61,599 nt of DNA, filler included, from Dirinaria sp. TL-2023a (GCA_051941275.1; 10 parts of 10 records of this genome joined end to end with filler, not necessarily neighbours in it); one strand, 5' to 3'. Positions 13,353-25,513 are shown, counted from the first letter of the whole stretch. The notes: generated by a model not told the origin, from the letters alone. Translations and numbers: made by a program.

Positions 13353-13649
13353 ATGCGTCTCGCTATTTGCGTTGCCTTGGCGGCCCTGCTTACTCTGGTC
13401 ACTGGTTACCCTCCTCGATATACCCGGCATCGACACCATTGTGGTGGACGACAAAGCGGCCGCAAAGATAGCCACCAAATGTACCTGGCTTCCGGAAAAC
13501 CTTACGGCCACTTCTATCCTCCCATGCCCGCCGGTATTTCTACTGCCACATCAACAGTCGTCGCGAGCTTCGGTGAAGCCACCAAATCACCTGTGCCGGA
13601 AACTGGAGTGGGACGGGTGTTTACGGAAATTCCGAAGTGGGAGATATAG
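13353..13649 (+). CDS. Possible small secreted protein (98 aa)
   Basis: acaATG start, signal-peptide-like MRLAICVALAALLTLVTG, then a His/Arg-rich segment. No family recognised. Confidence 0.4.
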   Translation: MRLAICVALAALLTLVTGYPPRYTRHRHHCGGRQSGRKDSHQMYLASGKPYGHFYPPMPAGISTATSTVVASFGEATKSPVPETGVGRVFTEIPKWEI

Positions 13650-13841
13650 GACGCTTTTGTTCTGTTGTATGAGTTGCCCGGACGGTTTGTGGTTGTAACA
13701 TTATTGCCAGCAGCGAGGGGCCAAAAGTTGTTACTATTACCAGGCAGATGTGGTCTCGAGCCGGCAGGCACGGTCTCGGGAGGGTTTGGAATCGCGTGCA
13801 AGTTGCGAAATGAAACTTTCCAATCTAGCCAAGAGCTGACC

Positions 13842-14402
13842 TCAGCGTGGCCTTCCCCTGTGATCTCCTTGCTCCTGCTCTTCGGCATTTCCCTTGCTCC
13901 TCGTATCGTCTTTCATTGACAGTGTCTTGGCTATCCAATTCTTCAATTCTTCCTCCGCTTCGTCCACTGCATTCCCGCTCCCCCTTCCGTCAATGACTCG
14001 CTTGCGCTCGATCCTCTGCTTCAGTTCATCCAATGTGCTGATGTCGAATGCCCAAAAAGTCCCACCGGCCAACATCGTCATGAAAGTTGTGACATTCAGA
14101 GTTGCGAGACTGAGTGCCTCGAAAGCTTCCAATGGTCCATTGAAGGTAGCAGGTGAGGGTTTATTAGAAGGACGGTAGAAGCGAGGCACAGTAGAGGTGT
14201 AACGTCGAGTGACGGCGCGTCGAGTGATGAGCATTGACAGGGCGAAGAAAGTAGACCCAGCGCAGAATAGCGAGAGCTGTTTTAAGGACCGGGGGGAGGT
14301 TATTGAGGATAGAGTCTCGGAGATGGAGGGCGATGCTGGCTTGTCTGTAGGCTCATCCGGGTCTTTCATAGTTGCTGGCGCTGGACGCGACACAAATGCC
14401 AT
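13842..14402 (-). CDS. AIM11: Altered inheritance of mitochondria protein 11-like membrane protein
   Basis: RSLKQLSLFCAGSTFFALSMLITRRAVTRR and NGPLEAFEALSLATLNV..MMLAGG.FWAFDISTLDEL-type motif; two hydrophobic segments; first ATG at 14402. Confidence 0.8.
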   Translation of the reverse strand: MAFVSRPAPATMKDPDEPTDKPASPSISETLSSITSPRSLKQLSLFCAGSTFFALSMLITRRAVTRRYTSTVPRFYRPSNKPSPATFNGPLEAFEALSLATLNVTTFMTMLAGGTFWAFDISTLDELKQRIERKRVIDGRGSGNAVDEAEEELKNWIAKTLSMKDDTRSKGNAEEQEQGDHRGRPR

Positions 14403-15465
14403 TGTCAGAAGATCAAAAACGCTGGTTGGGTGGCTCGTCTTAGATTTGTAGAAAGCAAAACTGATTAATTCGGCTAGCGCGGTAAAGGCTGTTTTCAAGG
14501 ATTGTCGCGCTCTACCATTACTCGTACTTTCACAATTGTCGCCCAATCCCGGATGACTTTGAATATTGTGGTTTTGACTATCATTGATTCAGGCCTCTGA
14601 TTCGCTAAATGCGTCTATTCGAAGCTCCTACGAAGTCTTCCCAGCCATCAATTGCTCCACACTCCATCTCAGCAGTCCATCAGTTCGCTATCACTGGATT
14701 TAGTCGCTCAGTATAATAATGTGTTGCAAAAAAAAACAAAAAAACAATTCTTCCGAACACTACTCCTCGTGGAGCATAATGATAAACGATAATCCTAATG
14801 GCGGGGACTCTTGATAGCTGCCACCAAGAGCTCCAGCATTCGCAATGTGCCCTCGGGTACCATAAGGAGAGCATTCTTCCGGCTAGGTTTAAACCTCTTG
14901 CTAGTCTTTTTGGAAACGCGAGGTTCAGGGGTCGCTGAAAGACGCGCTTTCCACCCGCCTATTTTCCTGTAGGCTCACAGAGTGTTAGAGCTAGCCATGG
15001 AAACTGCTACTAGCGTGTATTTGCATCCCCTTTCTTCCCCCCTGAGCAGGCACACTTGAGAACAGAAACTATATCTTCAAGACTAAGAGATGACCTGCTC
15101 CTATGTCTTTGATGCTGGCCAGCAGCGCTTTTGACACTGCATGTGTCCCTTAAATATTAGACTCTATGCATCTTGGAGACAACACAGCCTGGGAAAGCAC
15201 AGACGACGGTAGTCCGTCTTCTACCTGTTGAAAATCTCGCTTATTCCTTTGTCTGGTCAGTGTTTGCTTGTGTTTGCTACATTAGCATGGTAATGCCCAT
15301 GTGACTGCGCCCTAGCACTGTGTATACATTGCTTTGCATCTCCACGGCAATTCACCCCCTTGTGCCATCGTGTTTTTCATCGCTACCGTGACTTCACTGC
15401 GATCCGAAAGGAAACTACGCTGCTTGATAAACAGGGGCCTCTTATCTACAGAAACTCATTGCGAG

Positions 15466-18311
15466 ATGGATGGCGACTCCTCCACGCTTTCCAAAGCTTT
15501 TAGGGAGCGCGATAATGAGCTTTACGGAAAAGGCAATTTCTCCGAAGGTCAGTCTCGAAAGTTAGAATTCGGACATTTTTTGATAGTGTTCTGTATCTGT
15601 AGCCTTGAAAGCATACAGGGACGCCGTCCGCCATGATCCGTCCAGTCCACTACCCCGTTCGAACATATCTGCTCTAAGCTTCGAGATAGGCCAATATGCG
15701 GCATGTGTTCAGTGGGCAACATCAGCATTGTCTCGCGTTGAAGAGAAAGACACTGCTTTACGATCTAGATTAGCATCTCGGACTATCAAAGCGCACATGC
15801 ATCTCAAAGAGTTCGCGCAAGGACGAGAATTGCTTCAAAGCTTAAGTCCTGATTCGCTGGAAAAAAGCACCTTGGAGTCCACCTTGAATCGCGAAGAAGG
15901 GAGGACACTGGTGGACCATAAAACTGCCTGGATATCTCTAATGGAACTGGGGCGCTATCGACCAGCACTGTAAGAACATTTTGACAAGGATCATGCCAAT
16001 CCCAGATGCTAACAAGAAGGTAGAGATGTTACTCGCGAGTATTTCAATTTTGGCCATGATAGAATGGTATCTCAATTTGACGAAAGACTGCACTCTGAAG
16101 AGCAAATGAATTGTAACTTCTTCTTTGGCGGCGTGGGCGATGCGCGTCACGTCTACGCTACACTCATCGACATCTTTGACCGCGAGACCATGAGTAAACT
16201 CAGTGTTCCCAGCACGAAGCATTATCATTTCACTATGAACGATGTAAAGATACAAACGGCGGCTCGCAATTTGATTATGTTGTGGCTGCTGCAAGATCTA
16301 ACAGCTGTTCCCGAAGCCTCTAGCACTGCCGAGCTTACAATGACAACAATATTCCATGTGTTTTGCTCTCACGTTATGCCTGGTGTCATCTTTGAGCACA
16401 TGCAAAAGGTGATCACGGCCTTGATCGAGGAGCTGAATATCGAAAGTCCTATGCTCCGCAAACCCTACGGCGTTTACGTAAGCCAGTCGCATAAGGCCGG
16501 GCTCAAAACCGCTCTGAAGCTGTGGCAAGATCCGTATCTGGGCACACGGGGCATAGCTGATGTAATTAAATGTAACCTATCTTGTTTGAAGGGGGAGCAC
16601 GACAATGCCGCTGCGTTTGGACTTCCCGACCATCGTCCACAACCATGTCCACGAGAGTACGCCATTTTTCAGAGAACAGGTGCAGTGTGTGGATCATCGC
16701 GCATACTTCAAGAGCACGAGCAGCAATTTCAAAGCCTTGTACTACAGTACGAGCAAAGTGGCGAGCTCCCCGGCAAGCAGCTGGCGGCTTGTGTCAAGAA
16801 ACGGTTCAAGCTCAATGTAACGATCATAGACCCGGAATGGGAGAGAGAACGACAAGACCAGCATGCGGTTCTTGAATATCTCTGCTTCGACCCGTTTGAT
16901 GCCACGAAGGGCCAACAATTTCCGGAAAGCCTCTTCCACGGAGAGAAAACCCCGACGAAACTCTATCACTGGTTTGCGGCATTCTTTACGAAAGTAGCTA
17001 CTGCTATATAGTAGCTGAGCTCTAGGATTGTTATTGAGGTGTCTTGTGGTGAATTATTTGACGTGTTGGAAAACATATAGTACGCGATACTGGGCTCTCG
17101 AGAAAGTAGTTTCCCCTCGACTTACGACAGGATCCACATGAGTAATGTACCGTGAGTTCGATGGGATGTGAAAGCTTTCGAAATTGGCACTAATCAACCC
17201 TACAGCGACTACTGCGGCGGTAATCTCAGCAGCTTTCTTCTCGCTGCTTCGCTCTTGAAAAAGCACGGCAATGCTTACCTCACATCGACATGCCTACGGA
17301 ACTCACTAGTTTTTTTTTACCATTCATTCGTTCAACAACGAGTATTTGCTCATCAACGACTACCACACTCTTTTTAGAGTCTTTCAAATGAGCCGGCCCG
17401 ACGATATCGCGAACAATTTTACGCTATTTTCAGATTATGTTGACTGGTATAGTTCTCGCGTACGTCGATTGAATTATTCAACTCTGTTGCCACGAGATAC
17501 TCTGAACAAGTGGCTATATGGACTTTTCTTGAAATTGGCTCTCCCGGTGGACATCAACCAACTCAGCTGGCGAAACTATATTTTTTCGCCCTTGAACATG
17601 ACGATCTACTTCCGGCTGCTGGTACACCTCCATAAAGTAGGCTACCCCGGACACTGGCTATCCTCTATCGTCGCCAACATTATCGAAAACACAGTCCGCA
17701 CAAGTGCACGACCACCCACGACCATACCACTTGAAATCGAGGAAGTCAACCGCAAAGAGCCTCTCAGAAAGCTGGAAATGTCACCCTTCGTACCTGAAAT
17801 GTCCACTCTCGCCACCCTCTTTCAGCCTGTCCTCCCCTTCACAATCATAACCTCTACTTTCCCTACATCCGAGCAGATCGCCAGATACACGTTCTCGTTC
17901 GCATCCCTGCACGTCTCATACGAGGATTGCGCGTTTCGAAACGCCTACTCCCTGCTCTTCTGGGATTCGCCCCTCCTCGACTCCATTCTGGCGGGCCTAC
18001 CCTATCCCTTCGTAGACTGGCGTCGCCTGCTCGCTGAAGGGTCCCAACACGACACTTTCATGAAAGCAATCCTGAAATCGCCCAAACTCCCGAAACTGAG
18101 GGCCGAGGGCTTGTTCTTGTGGACGACCTTGGAGTGGAATCGAGAGAAGGAAGAGGTGAGTGCGTGGATGCGAGAGGATTTTGCGCAAAAGATGATGCGG
18201 GAGCCCAAATGGCGCGTTGCGATCGTGAGGACTGATTACTGGGGACTGGTCACTGATGCAGGCGTACCGAATGAGGTGGTAGTGAGCAAAGGGGAAAAAC
18301 GTTGGGGGTGA
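15466..18311 (+). pseudogene. TPR + DUF4470-family protein, disrupted
   Basis: N-terminal TPR (RERDNELYGKGNFSE/ALKAYRDA..SNISALSFEIGQY) and family motifs EYFNFGHD, FFGGVGDARHVYAT, YDRIHMSNVP/DYCGG, GYPGHWLS. In-frame TAG at 17009, 17012 and 17078; +1 frameshift in a T9 run near 17310-17318. Confidence 0.8.
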
Positions 18312-18483
18312 GCGGAAGATACTAGATCAGAAATAGCGAAGACACATAAAACAATGCCTGTTCATAGCGAGCATACAAAAAATTAGCAAAAATGCACGAA
18401 AAGGAGACTAACTAAGACCTTTGATATACAGTATAACGAGTAAAAGTCCTCCCATCTGCCGAGAGAGAGAGAGAGAGATAGCG

Positions 18484-18583
18484 NNNNNNNNNNNNNNNNN
18501 NNNNNNNNNNNNNNNNNNNNNNNNNNNTTAATTAATTAANNNNNNNNNNNNNNNNNNNNNNNNNNNNNNNNNNNNNNNNNNNN
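18484..18583. other. Artificial contig spacer
   Basis: N44-TTAATTAATTAA-N44. Confidence 0.98.
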
Positions 18584-18834
18584 GCCCGGAGTCAGTACCC
18601 CTAGGTCCATGCTCGTAACAAACTTTAGATTTTATTTCGCGGAATTTGGGGAGATTTGAATCGTGAGTGGGGAGTTTGAGATTGAATCTGAATCTGTACT
18701 GAGAAAGAGAAGGAATGAGAGTGAGAGTATAAAGTGAATGAAAAAAAATCAGATTTCATTTTCTCTCTCTTTTTCTCTCTCAAAAGTGTACACAATAGGT
18801 AGATTACCTTAGATCAGGTCATCGAGAAAGACGC

Positions 18835-18951
18835 CCACACACACACACACACACACAAATACACTCTGTGCAGCGCAAGTCATAATTTCCTCCTTGCATT
18901 TTTGACCCTTTTGATCTTATATCAATCTTACATCATCATCATCATCATCAT
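18835..18951. repeat. Microsatellites (CA)n and (CAT)n
   Basis: A (CA) run near 18836-18857 and (CAT)x7 near 18931-18951. Confidence 0.85.
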
Positions 18952-19194
18952 GTATAAGATACCTTACCTTATATTTCGAGAAAGACTTCTGATTCTTCAA
19001 TTTTAGTACAATCATCGTACGAGTCTTTTTCGTTTCACAGATCACGTCTAGAAAACGGAATTGACAAACGAAGCATGCTATTTTATTTATACTTTTACTG
19101 TCTAAATACGAGTGTATACATAGGTACTCGTACATCCGTTTCTGAAAGTGATCGAATCAATCAATCGGATACAGTGACCTTGGCGAGCACTTGC

Positions 19195-19390
19195 TGTCAA
19201 GATTCTCGCCTTTGGGTAGTCTTGGGCGAGGAACTGCTGCGATCAGAATATCCCGCCTTTCGTCCATGTACCAATCCGAGAGCCTCGTAAGCCGTGCACA
19301 AAGACAATTCTGAGAGGATCAGCGTACATATATCCTGAAAGCACAGGTAGTTGGTCCGCACTCAACCAGAATGTCGTCCTCGTTTCCTTG
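19195..19390 (-). pseudogene. Remnant of SesB/SERAC1-like alpha/beta-hydrolase (NLR N-terminal effector type)
   Basis: Manual translation with one intron: QGNEDDILVE/IVFVHGLRGSRIGTWTKGGIF*SQQFLAQDYPKARILT. Matches the family pattern DIVFVHGL.G..TW..FWP..L..D.P.ARILT, with W replaced by a stop; truncated after ARILT. Confidence 0.7.
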
Positions 19391-19924
19391 GGATGTAGGA
19401 GAGACTACTTACTGGGATGCGTGAACCTGGATTCGATTGCCTAAAGGCACTGAAGGCTTACCATACCCAGCCCATCCGGGGGGAGCCTCCGCCGCCTAAA
19501 CATTACTTGCTGCGCGATCACTATAAGGCTATTCGGCTGTGAAATGAAGCAGCTGAGGGCACGAAAGAAAACGCGCAGCTAGAATTGAAATACGCACTTT
19601 CGAAGGGGTCGCAGCGATACATGGGCGGTAGTGCTTCCCTTGTCGTCCGTCTGGACTCTGGACGGCTAGGCCGATTGGGGATATGACCCCCACCATCATG
19701 TCCGCAAAAGTTGAGGGATACGCTTTGCATAAAGCAGCAAGTCGTACAAGGCTGAAAATTCGCGTATTCTAGTCAACCACAGCAACGACATACTCGGGCC
19801 CCTGTTGTGTGTGTGTGTGTGTGTGGCCGGCGCCACATGTCCTCGGACTCAGTTTCTGCTCTCGCGAGTTACCCAAATTGGCATAAGCCAAGTTCCCATC
19901 CGCCATAAATTTCAAGGAACTAAC

Positions 19925-20875
19925 CGTTGGCGGTCAACCAAAGTCGTCGAAGCCACAGAACCTTTTGCTTCAGGGAAATTCACATTGTTCAATAGACCTT
20001 CAACAGGGATTGCTCCCCGAATACTAATCACGTGGATCATATATAGGTCAATGCCGTCAAAGGACGTCGTAAGAAGTTCAAGAACCCGAGTTGCCTAAGC
20101 CTCGAGTTCCTGGTCTTAGGTAGCCTTGCCAAAGTCGTAGATAATCACACCACGAACCTTATGCGTAGGCAACTCGAGTACGACGCCACCGAGCCTGATA
20201 ATAGTATCAGGCTTGTCATCGAATGCTTTTCCTTTGATGCCGACCATTGATTCAAAGCCGGATGGATTCAAAGCTGAGTAAAAGGTCTTTGATCACGCTA
20301 GCGACGGAGGCGATATCGTACTTCTCTTTTAGAAGGCATTGGGCGTGTGCATGTGTGTTGCAAAATCTTGGCATCCAGTTCTTTCTCTCCTCTACTTACT
20401 GTCGTCCATCAATCATGTCTTCCTTCTCAATTCGATGCTTCAGGACTAAAACTTCAAAAGTCATCTCTTTCTAGCGTCTTTAAAAACTTAACGATTTGTC
20501 GATTTGACAGAGGCACTTTCAGAAAGACTCGATCCATCGACACTTCGTGAAAACGTTCTTGTGCTAAAAATCTCGTTCCTTCGTCAATGCTAGAGGAGCG
20601 ACTACATTGAATCCTAAGACAGCATAAGATCGAAGAGAATTCACGTGATATAGATGAAAAGAGTTGTTGACACTGAACGAGAGAGATGTGACGATAGTGA
20701 GATTCCTTCAGAAAACAAGCTACCTTGCAAACTGCGCATGTAGGGAAGGATAGAATTTCGAGATGCCAAGATTTCGCAACACACACGCACACGCCAAATG
20801 CGATGACGATGTGATGTTCATCAATGCGATCGAGAGTGTAAACGTCGTTGTCGAAAGAGGAATCTGTAGAGCGTT
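19925..20875 (-). pseudogene. Remnant of PNP_UDP_1 nucleoside phosphorylase domain (NLR N-terminal effector type), interrupted by a TIR element
   Basis: Manual translation: DNDVYTLDRIDEHHIVIA [insertion] CLLKEKYDIASVASVIKDLLLSFESIR../MVGIKGKAFDDKPDTIIRLGGVV..GVIIYDFGKAT*../GFLN..LTAL. Matches the fungal PNP_UDP pattern YTLGRIG.H.VVIACLP.G.YG..SAA.VA..M..SF..IRFGLMVGIGGG.P..DIRLGDVVV..GGV.QYDFGK. Contains stops and frameshifts. Confidence 0.8.
20340..20797. mobile_element. Non-autonomous TIR element (MITE-like), 458 bp
   Basis: TIRs at 20340-20375 (TGGGCGTGTGCATGTGTGTTGCAAAATCTTGGCATC) and 20762-20797 match at 33/36. Flanked by AT on both sides (20338-20339, 20798-20799). Excision restores ATC GCA TGC CTT (I-A-C-L) of the host gene. 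Confidence 0.85.
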
Positions 20876-22947
20876 TCTCGCGCTACAGCTCGCAGACTAC
20901 CACAAACTCAAACTTTGCCGCTCAGTTCTATCTCAACATGTAGTCCTGGCGAGATATGCCTTGTCGGGGTTTTCGATAAGTTGCCGTCAAGATCAGGCTC
21001 TCATTCGTACAGAGCTCAGCATCAGGGTCCATTCAGGGTTCGCCGCGGAACTGTCATGCCACTCGAGTGCCCAGTGCTCATACTTCACTGAGTGTTCTTT
21101 CTAATTTCTAGCGTGGCTCAGCGTGACTGCATTCCAACCAACTATGCCAGAATAGTAAATACTACTTCATCATTGTCGCCCATTGCCATTATCGCAACAG
21201 GGGTTGAATCCAAGGAGACGCAATTTGAGGCTTTGGACGAATCGTGGAGCGCAAGAGTGGGTCTCGGCAAGCATTTGATCAAGACACAAGCAAAATTGTT
21301 TCCTTTATTCGTCTTAAATAAGGCGCTACAGAGGAGCTTTGGAACGATAGATGCAGATTTAGTGCGTGATTTTTTATCCGATTAGACTTTGCCTCAAATG
21401 TAATCAGCAGTGTTTACCCCGACACACACCTGTACTTCGGATGCTTCTAGAATTGAACTCTATGATCAGTCCAGGGGCCCGTAATGGCCTGGGATCTGCA
21501 TGGAATCGTGCTAGCAACTTGGGATGTGAATTTGAAATTTTGAGCTTCTTTGTCAGATAACTCTGGTTGAAAATCTTTGAGAGTGCTAAAGGCACTTTGT
21601 CATCAATCAAGCACCTGCCATGCGGGAAGGAAGTCGCAACTTCTTTCAAATCGGCGCAAACTCGGGGACACTGAAACAATGAAAGGTGAAGAGGGAGCGA
21701 AAAAGGTCGCAGGATTTCCGACAACGTGGAATCGCGCAGATATGAAGGTGTCACCTATTTTTGGACCAAGGGATGCCCTAATTCGAATCGAGACTAGCGC
21801 TGGCATTAAGCCCGCTGAAGTTGTTTCACTGTTTTTGTCACGATTTCTTCTACCAACAACTCAAGACGTCTCATTTGTCAACTCAATCACCACAGTTGAA
21901 TGATTTGACATGACCCGACGACGATTCGTGAGCTCAGTGTTCATTTGTGGCCGGACGCTGTTCGAGGTTTAAAGCGACTTACCTCGCCAGTCAATCGTGC
22001 TGGCACCCATGAACAGAAGGGTGTCCATCTTCTCAACCGAAAATATGCGCAGACTGCGAAGCTCGCTCTCATGTGATGAAGAGCTCAAGCCACAGGCTTC
22101 AGACAGCTTTCCTTGAATGGCAAATGCTCTGCTACGGTCATGACATGACGACGAACGGCAGCAACCTGCGCCACTGCACCCCATGTTGAGCCTCAGAGGA
22201 GGCTGAGCGCTACTGCAGAAGCAGGGTGGATCTTGCAGTCGATTCGACGCGAAACCGATCAATCATTCCCGAAAAGGATTAATTACTGCGTGAAGCCCGT
22301 CTTCAAGCCTACAACCTCCAACCGCGACCACGAGTGGTGGCTGTGGCCCGCCAAGAAACTGTGCCGTAGCCAATTTTGTCAGCATGTCAAGAAAGCCGCA
22401 GGCGTCACTCTCTTTTCACCGTCCTCTATGAACGAACGATCATGTATATGGGTGTCGCAGAAAGAGTGCAGAATGTGGCTTAATCCCCTCAATCATGAAG
22501 AATCGACTCTCGATTCCAACATTAAGGCATAATATGCACCAATGAGCGCGGACCCCAACCGAGGGTGTGCCTGTGAACATGGTAGCTGAGGATGCTGCAG
22601 CCTAAGCAGTAAGGCTTTCTCTCGGTGAACTCACTTCGGTATGAACGAAATTCCCATGTCACGGCTTCACACCATGCTGGTTAGTCCCACTGTAGCCTTG
22701 TGTCTCCATTAATTAAGAAGGTGGTGTTTTCTCTCTTTGCCTCTTGCTCTCTCTCTCATTTGTTAAAAACAATCGACACCACTCACAGCTAGCCTTGACT
22801 TCTGATTGAACCTCAATCCATCATCTTGCATAGACTTTGACCCACTCATAGAGGGAATCTTCTCTAATCTTCCTATCTTCATCTCTTGCATCACCTTCTC
22901 TCTGTTGACCAGCTCAACCACTCCACATCACCTTCGTCGAACAAACC

Positions 22948-23550
22948 ATGTGCAGGCCCAGATTTCGAGTCGACGGCCTCATCGACATCGAAGAACGCAA
23001 CGTACGCAGCCGAGACGGGACCCGGAAAAAAAAGCGTTTCTTCGTAAGAGAACACACCTCGCGCCGTTCCGATGATTGGGAACTCCGTCGTCCCAGGTCC
23101 GGGTCCCATCGACATCATTCGCCGCCTCCGCCTCGATCTCCACCTCCGCGACCATTGTCCCCTCAATGGATCAACCCGCACCCGCAGCCTCATCCACCAT
23201 ACAACCCCGCCAACCAACCATACCCTCCTCCGCTTCAACCGCTCTCCAACCAAGGACAGCCCCTCCAGTATAACCCCCAAGGCCGTCTCCCCTACCACGA
23301 CCCCGGCGACGACATCGTTAGGATCGAAGAAGACGATCGCCCGGGAGGCGGAGGCGCCACCCACTACCAAGTGCAGCTTCCGCCGCGCATCATCGAAGCC
23401 GAGCCTCGAGGAGTGGCGAGGATGCCGTCGCATCTGAGACCGAGCAGTCATAGGGGGCATAGCCGGCATGGCTCGGGGAGGAGTTCCGGGTCGATGTATT
23501 CCGATAGCGGGTATGGGAGTCATGGCAGTGGGAGGGGGAGGGTGTACTAA
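22948..23550 (+). CDS. Pro/Arg/Ser-rich hypothetical protein (200 aa)
   Basis: Strong start context (acaaaccATG) after a pyrimidine-rich leader; GC-rich uninterrupted ORF in AT-rich surroundings; low complexity; no family recognised. Confidence 0.6.
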   Translation: MCRPRFRVDGLIDIEERNVRSRDGTRKKKRFFVREHTSRRSDDWELRRPRSGSHRHHSPPPPRSPPPRPLSPQWINPHPQPHPPYNPANQPYPPPLQPLSNQGQPLQYNPQGRLPYHDPGDDIVRIEEDDRPGGGGATHYQVQLPPRIIEAEPRGVARMPSHLRPSSHRGHSRHGSGRSSGSMYSDSGYGSHGSGRGRVY

Positions 23551-24668
23551 GGGATAGAAAGGGGGGTTTGGGGGCGGCGAATAGGCGTTCCTGATACATC
23601 TACTGTAAGGGTACTAGTTTTTGATTCTTAGCAAAGGTCTGGGTGGCGTTCCGGGAACGGGGAACTTTTCCACGTCTTATCTACATAACCTTCCGAGGAG
23701 TATAAGGATCTGTGAGAGAGTATACTCGTACGAGATATAGATTTATGAAATGTAATCCAAATCAAATATTCTAGTCCCCTTCCACTATTAAAAGAAAAAG
23801 AAAAAAAAAAAAGAAAAAGAAAAAAACCTACTCCCAACCAGGGGCCCATTCCTCCTTCCTTCACCCCAACTGCTCCATATTCCAGATCAGATCCAGTAAA
23901 GCTCTCATTCAAATTTTTATTTTTTTTTATTTTTTTCTTCTTTAAGCTGCCAGAGATTTCGAGACATAAAACCCCCACTCCCGATACTCGATCATTATTT
24001 TAAAAATTTCAGGAATTTACGAGACATCTCTGATAACATACATTATACATATACACATGTTTTATCAATCAATTTATTTCGGATCTAAAAAACGATGCTG
24101 ATGATCGTAAGAGTAATCAGACCTCCATGCACAGCTTCTTCGAGAATCAATATCCATTCATAAAACAGCAAAATGTTAATTAAAATTCAGACTTAAGATC
24201 TCGAGAGATCTTTCTCTGTCGAGGACTAAAGACAACAAAAGAAAAAGAGAAGGTGATGTATAAAATATTTTAAAAGGTAAGGGAGAATTCACACCACTTC
24301 TAAACTGTAATTCATTCGAATACGAGATCGAACTCGAGCATTCATGCGTCTTCTTCTCTCTCTCTCAAAAGAAAAAAATAGAAAAAGAAAAAAAATCGGT
24401 ATCGCTGATTTCCCATGCAAAGACCTGTTTCTAAAAGCAAAGCAAATAGAAGAAACAAAACCATGGGCAGGATAAGAATGAAATTTTACGTAAGCAAGCA
24501 GTCTGGTGAGATTAATCCGAGTAAGGAAGGAAGGAAGAAAGAAAGAAATTTGCGATGAGCCGTGATTCCTAAGAAGAAAGGATTTTGGGAAATTTTGAGA
24601 GATTTTTTTTTTTCTCTTCATTTTTGAAGATTTTGATTGGCGGTTTATTGGTTTGATAAACAGTTGCT

Positions 24669-24768
24669 NNNNNNNNNNNNNNNNNNNNNNNNNNNNNNNN
24701 NNNNNNNNNNNNTTAATTAATTAANNNNNNNNNNNNNNNNNNNNNNNNNNNNNNNNNNNNNNNNNNNN
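24669..24768. other. Artificial contig spacer
   Basis: N44-TTAATTAATTAA-N44. Confidence 0.98.
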
Positions 24769-25513
24769 CCAACGTACCGATGAAGATGCACGATAAAAGC
24801 ATTGAAGCGTGAGAGGTAGATCGGAAACAAGGAACGGAGTTTTGGGATGTTGGATCCTCCTGCCCAGGGCGGCGCTGATGGGGGTGGGAGACCGTCCATT
24901 TTTGATAGATAGATAGGGAAGAGACGAGGGATTTGAGAGGGGTTTACATTGTTGAATACATTAGTGAAGGAGGGAGGTGTTGGATGAGAGAATTATATGT
25001 CTTGTACTCGTAAATGCTGGTGATGGGGATGGGAGGGGAGGTACCTAAGGTAAGGCAGGTCGAGGGGGGTGTTTTATCTGGACCTCGGCTTGAGATATGA
25101 TATGATTATCAGCCATGAGGATTTAAATCTCCGTTCGGCCTTTTATCGAGCTAACTCGATTTGTGTACCATATCGAGCATCGTGGATATTTATCGTACTC
25201 ACTAAGTGTGCCTGCGGACTTGGAGGGAAGTCATTACTTGTACTATTGTTTTTTTTTTGAATGGGCTTTCGCTGCAATATATTTCGATATGTGAGAGTCT
25301 TTGGTATTGAATGAAGCTAGATTGTTCGCTAGAATGTGAGCTGTGGCTTATCTTGTTTCGGATTTGGGAAGCCAAAAAGCCCATACGTAGATGATGCATA
25401 CAGTTACAGATGCTGATTCAAAATAAAAATATCCCCAAAGCTCCAAGCTCATACTTCCAAAGATGAGGTAGCAAAATGATCCATCCACCCCAAGAATTCC
25501 TCCACTTTTCCCT

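Noticed and set aside
17009..17080. TAG reassignment (alternative genetic code)
   Set aside because: TAG ends normal genes in this window (PUB1, DUF1275, NAPE-PLD), and in-frame TAGs occur only in damaged loci.
23620..24668. Lys/Phe-rich ORFs in AT-rich DNA
   Set aside because: Products of poly-A/T tracts in non-coding sequence.
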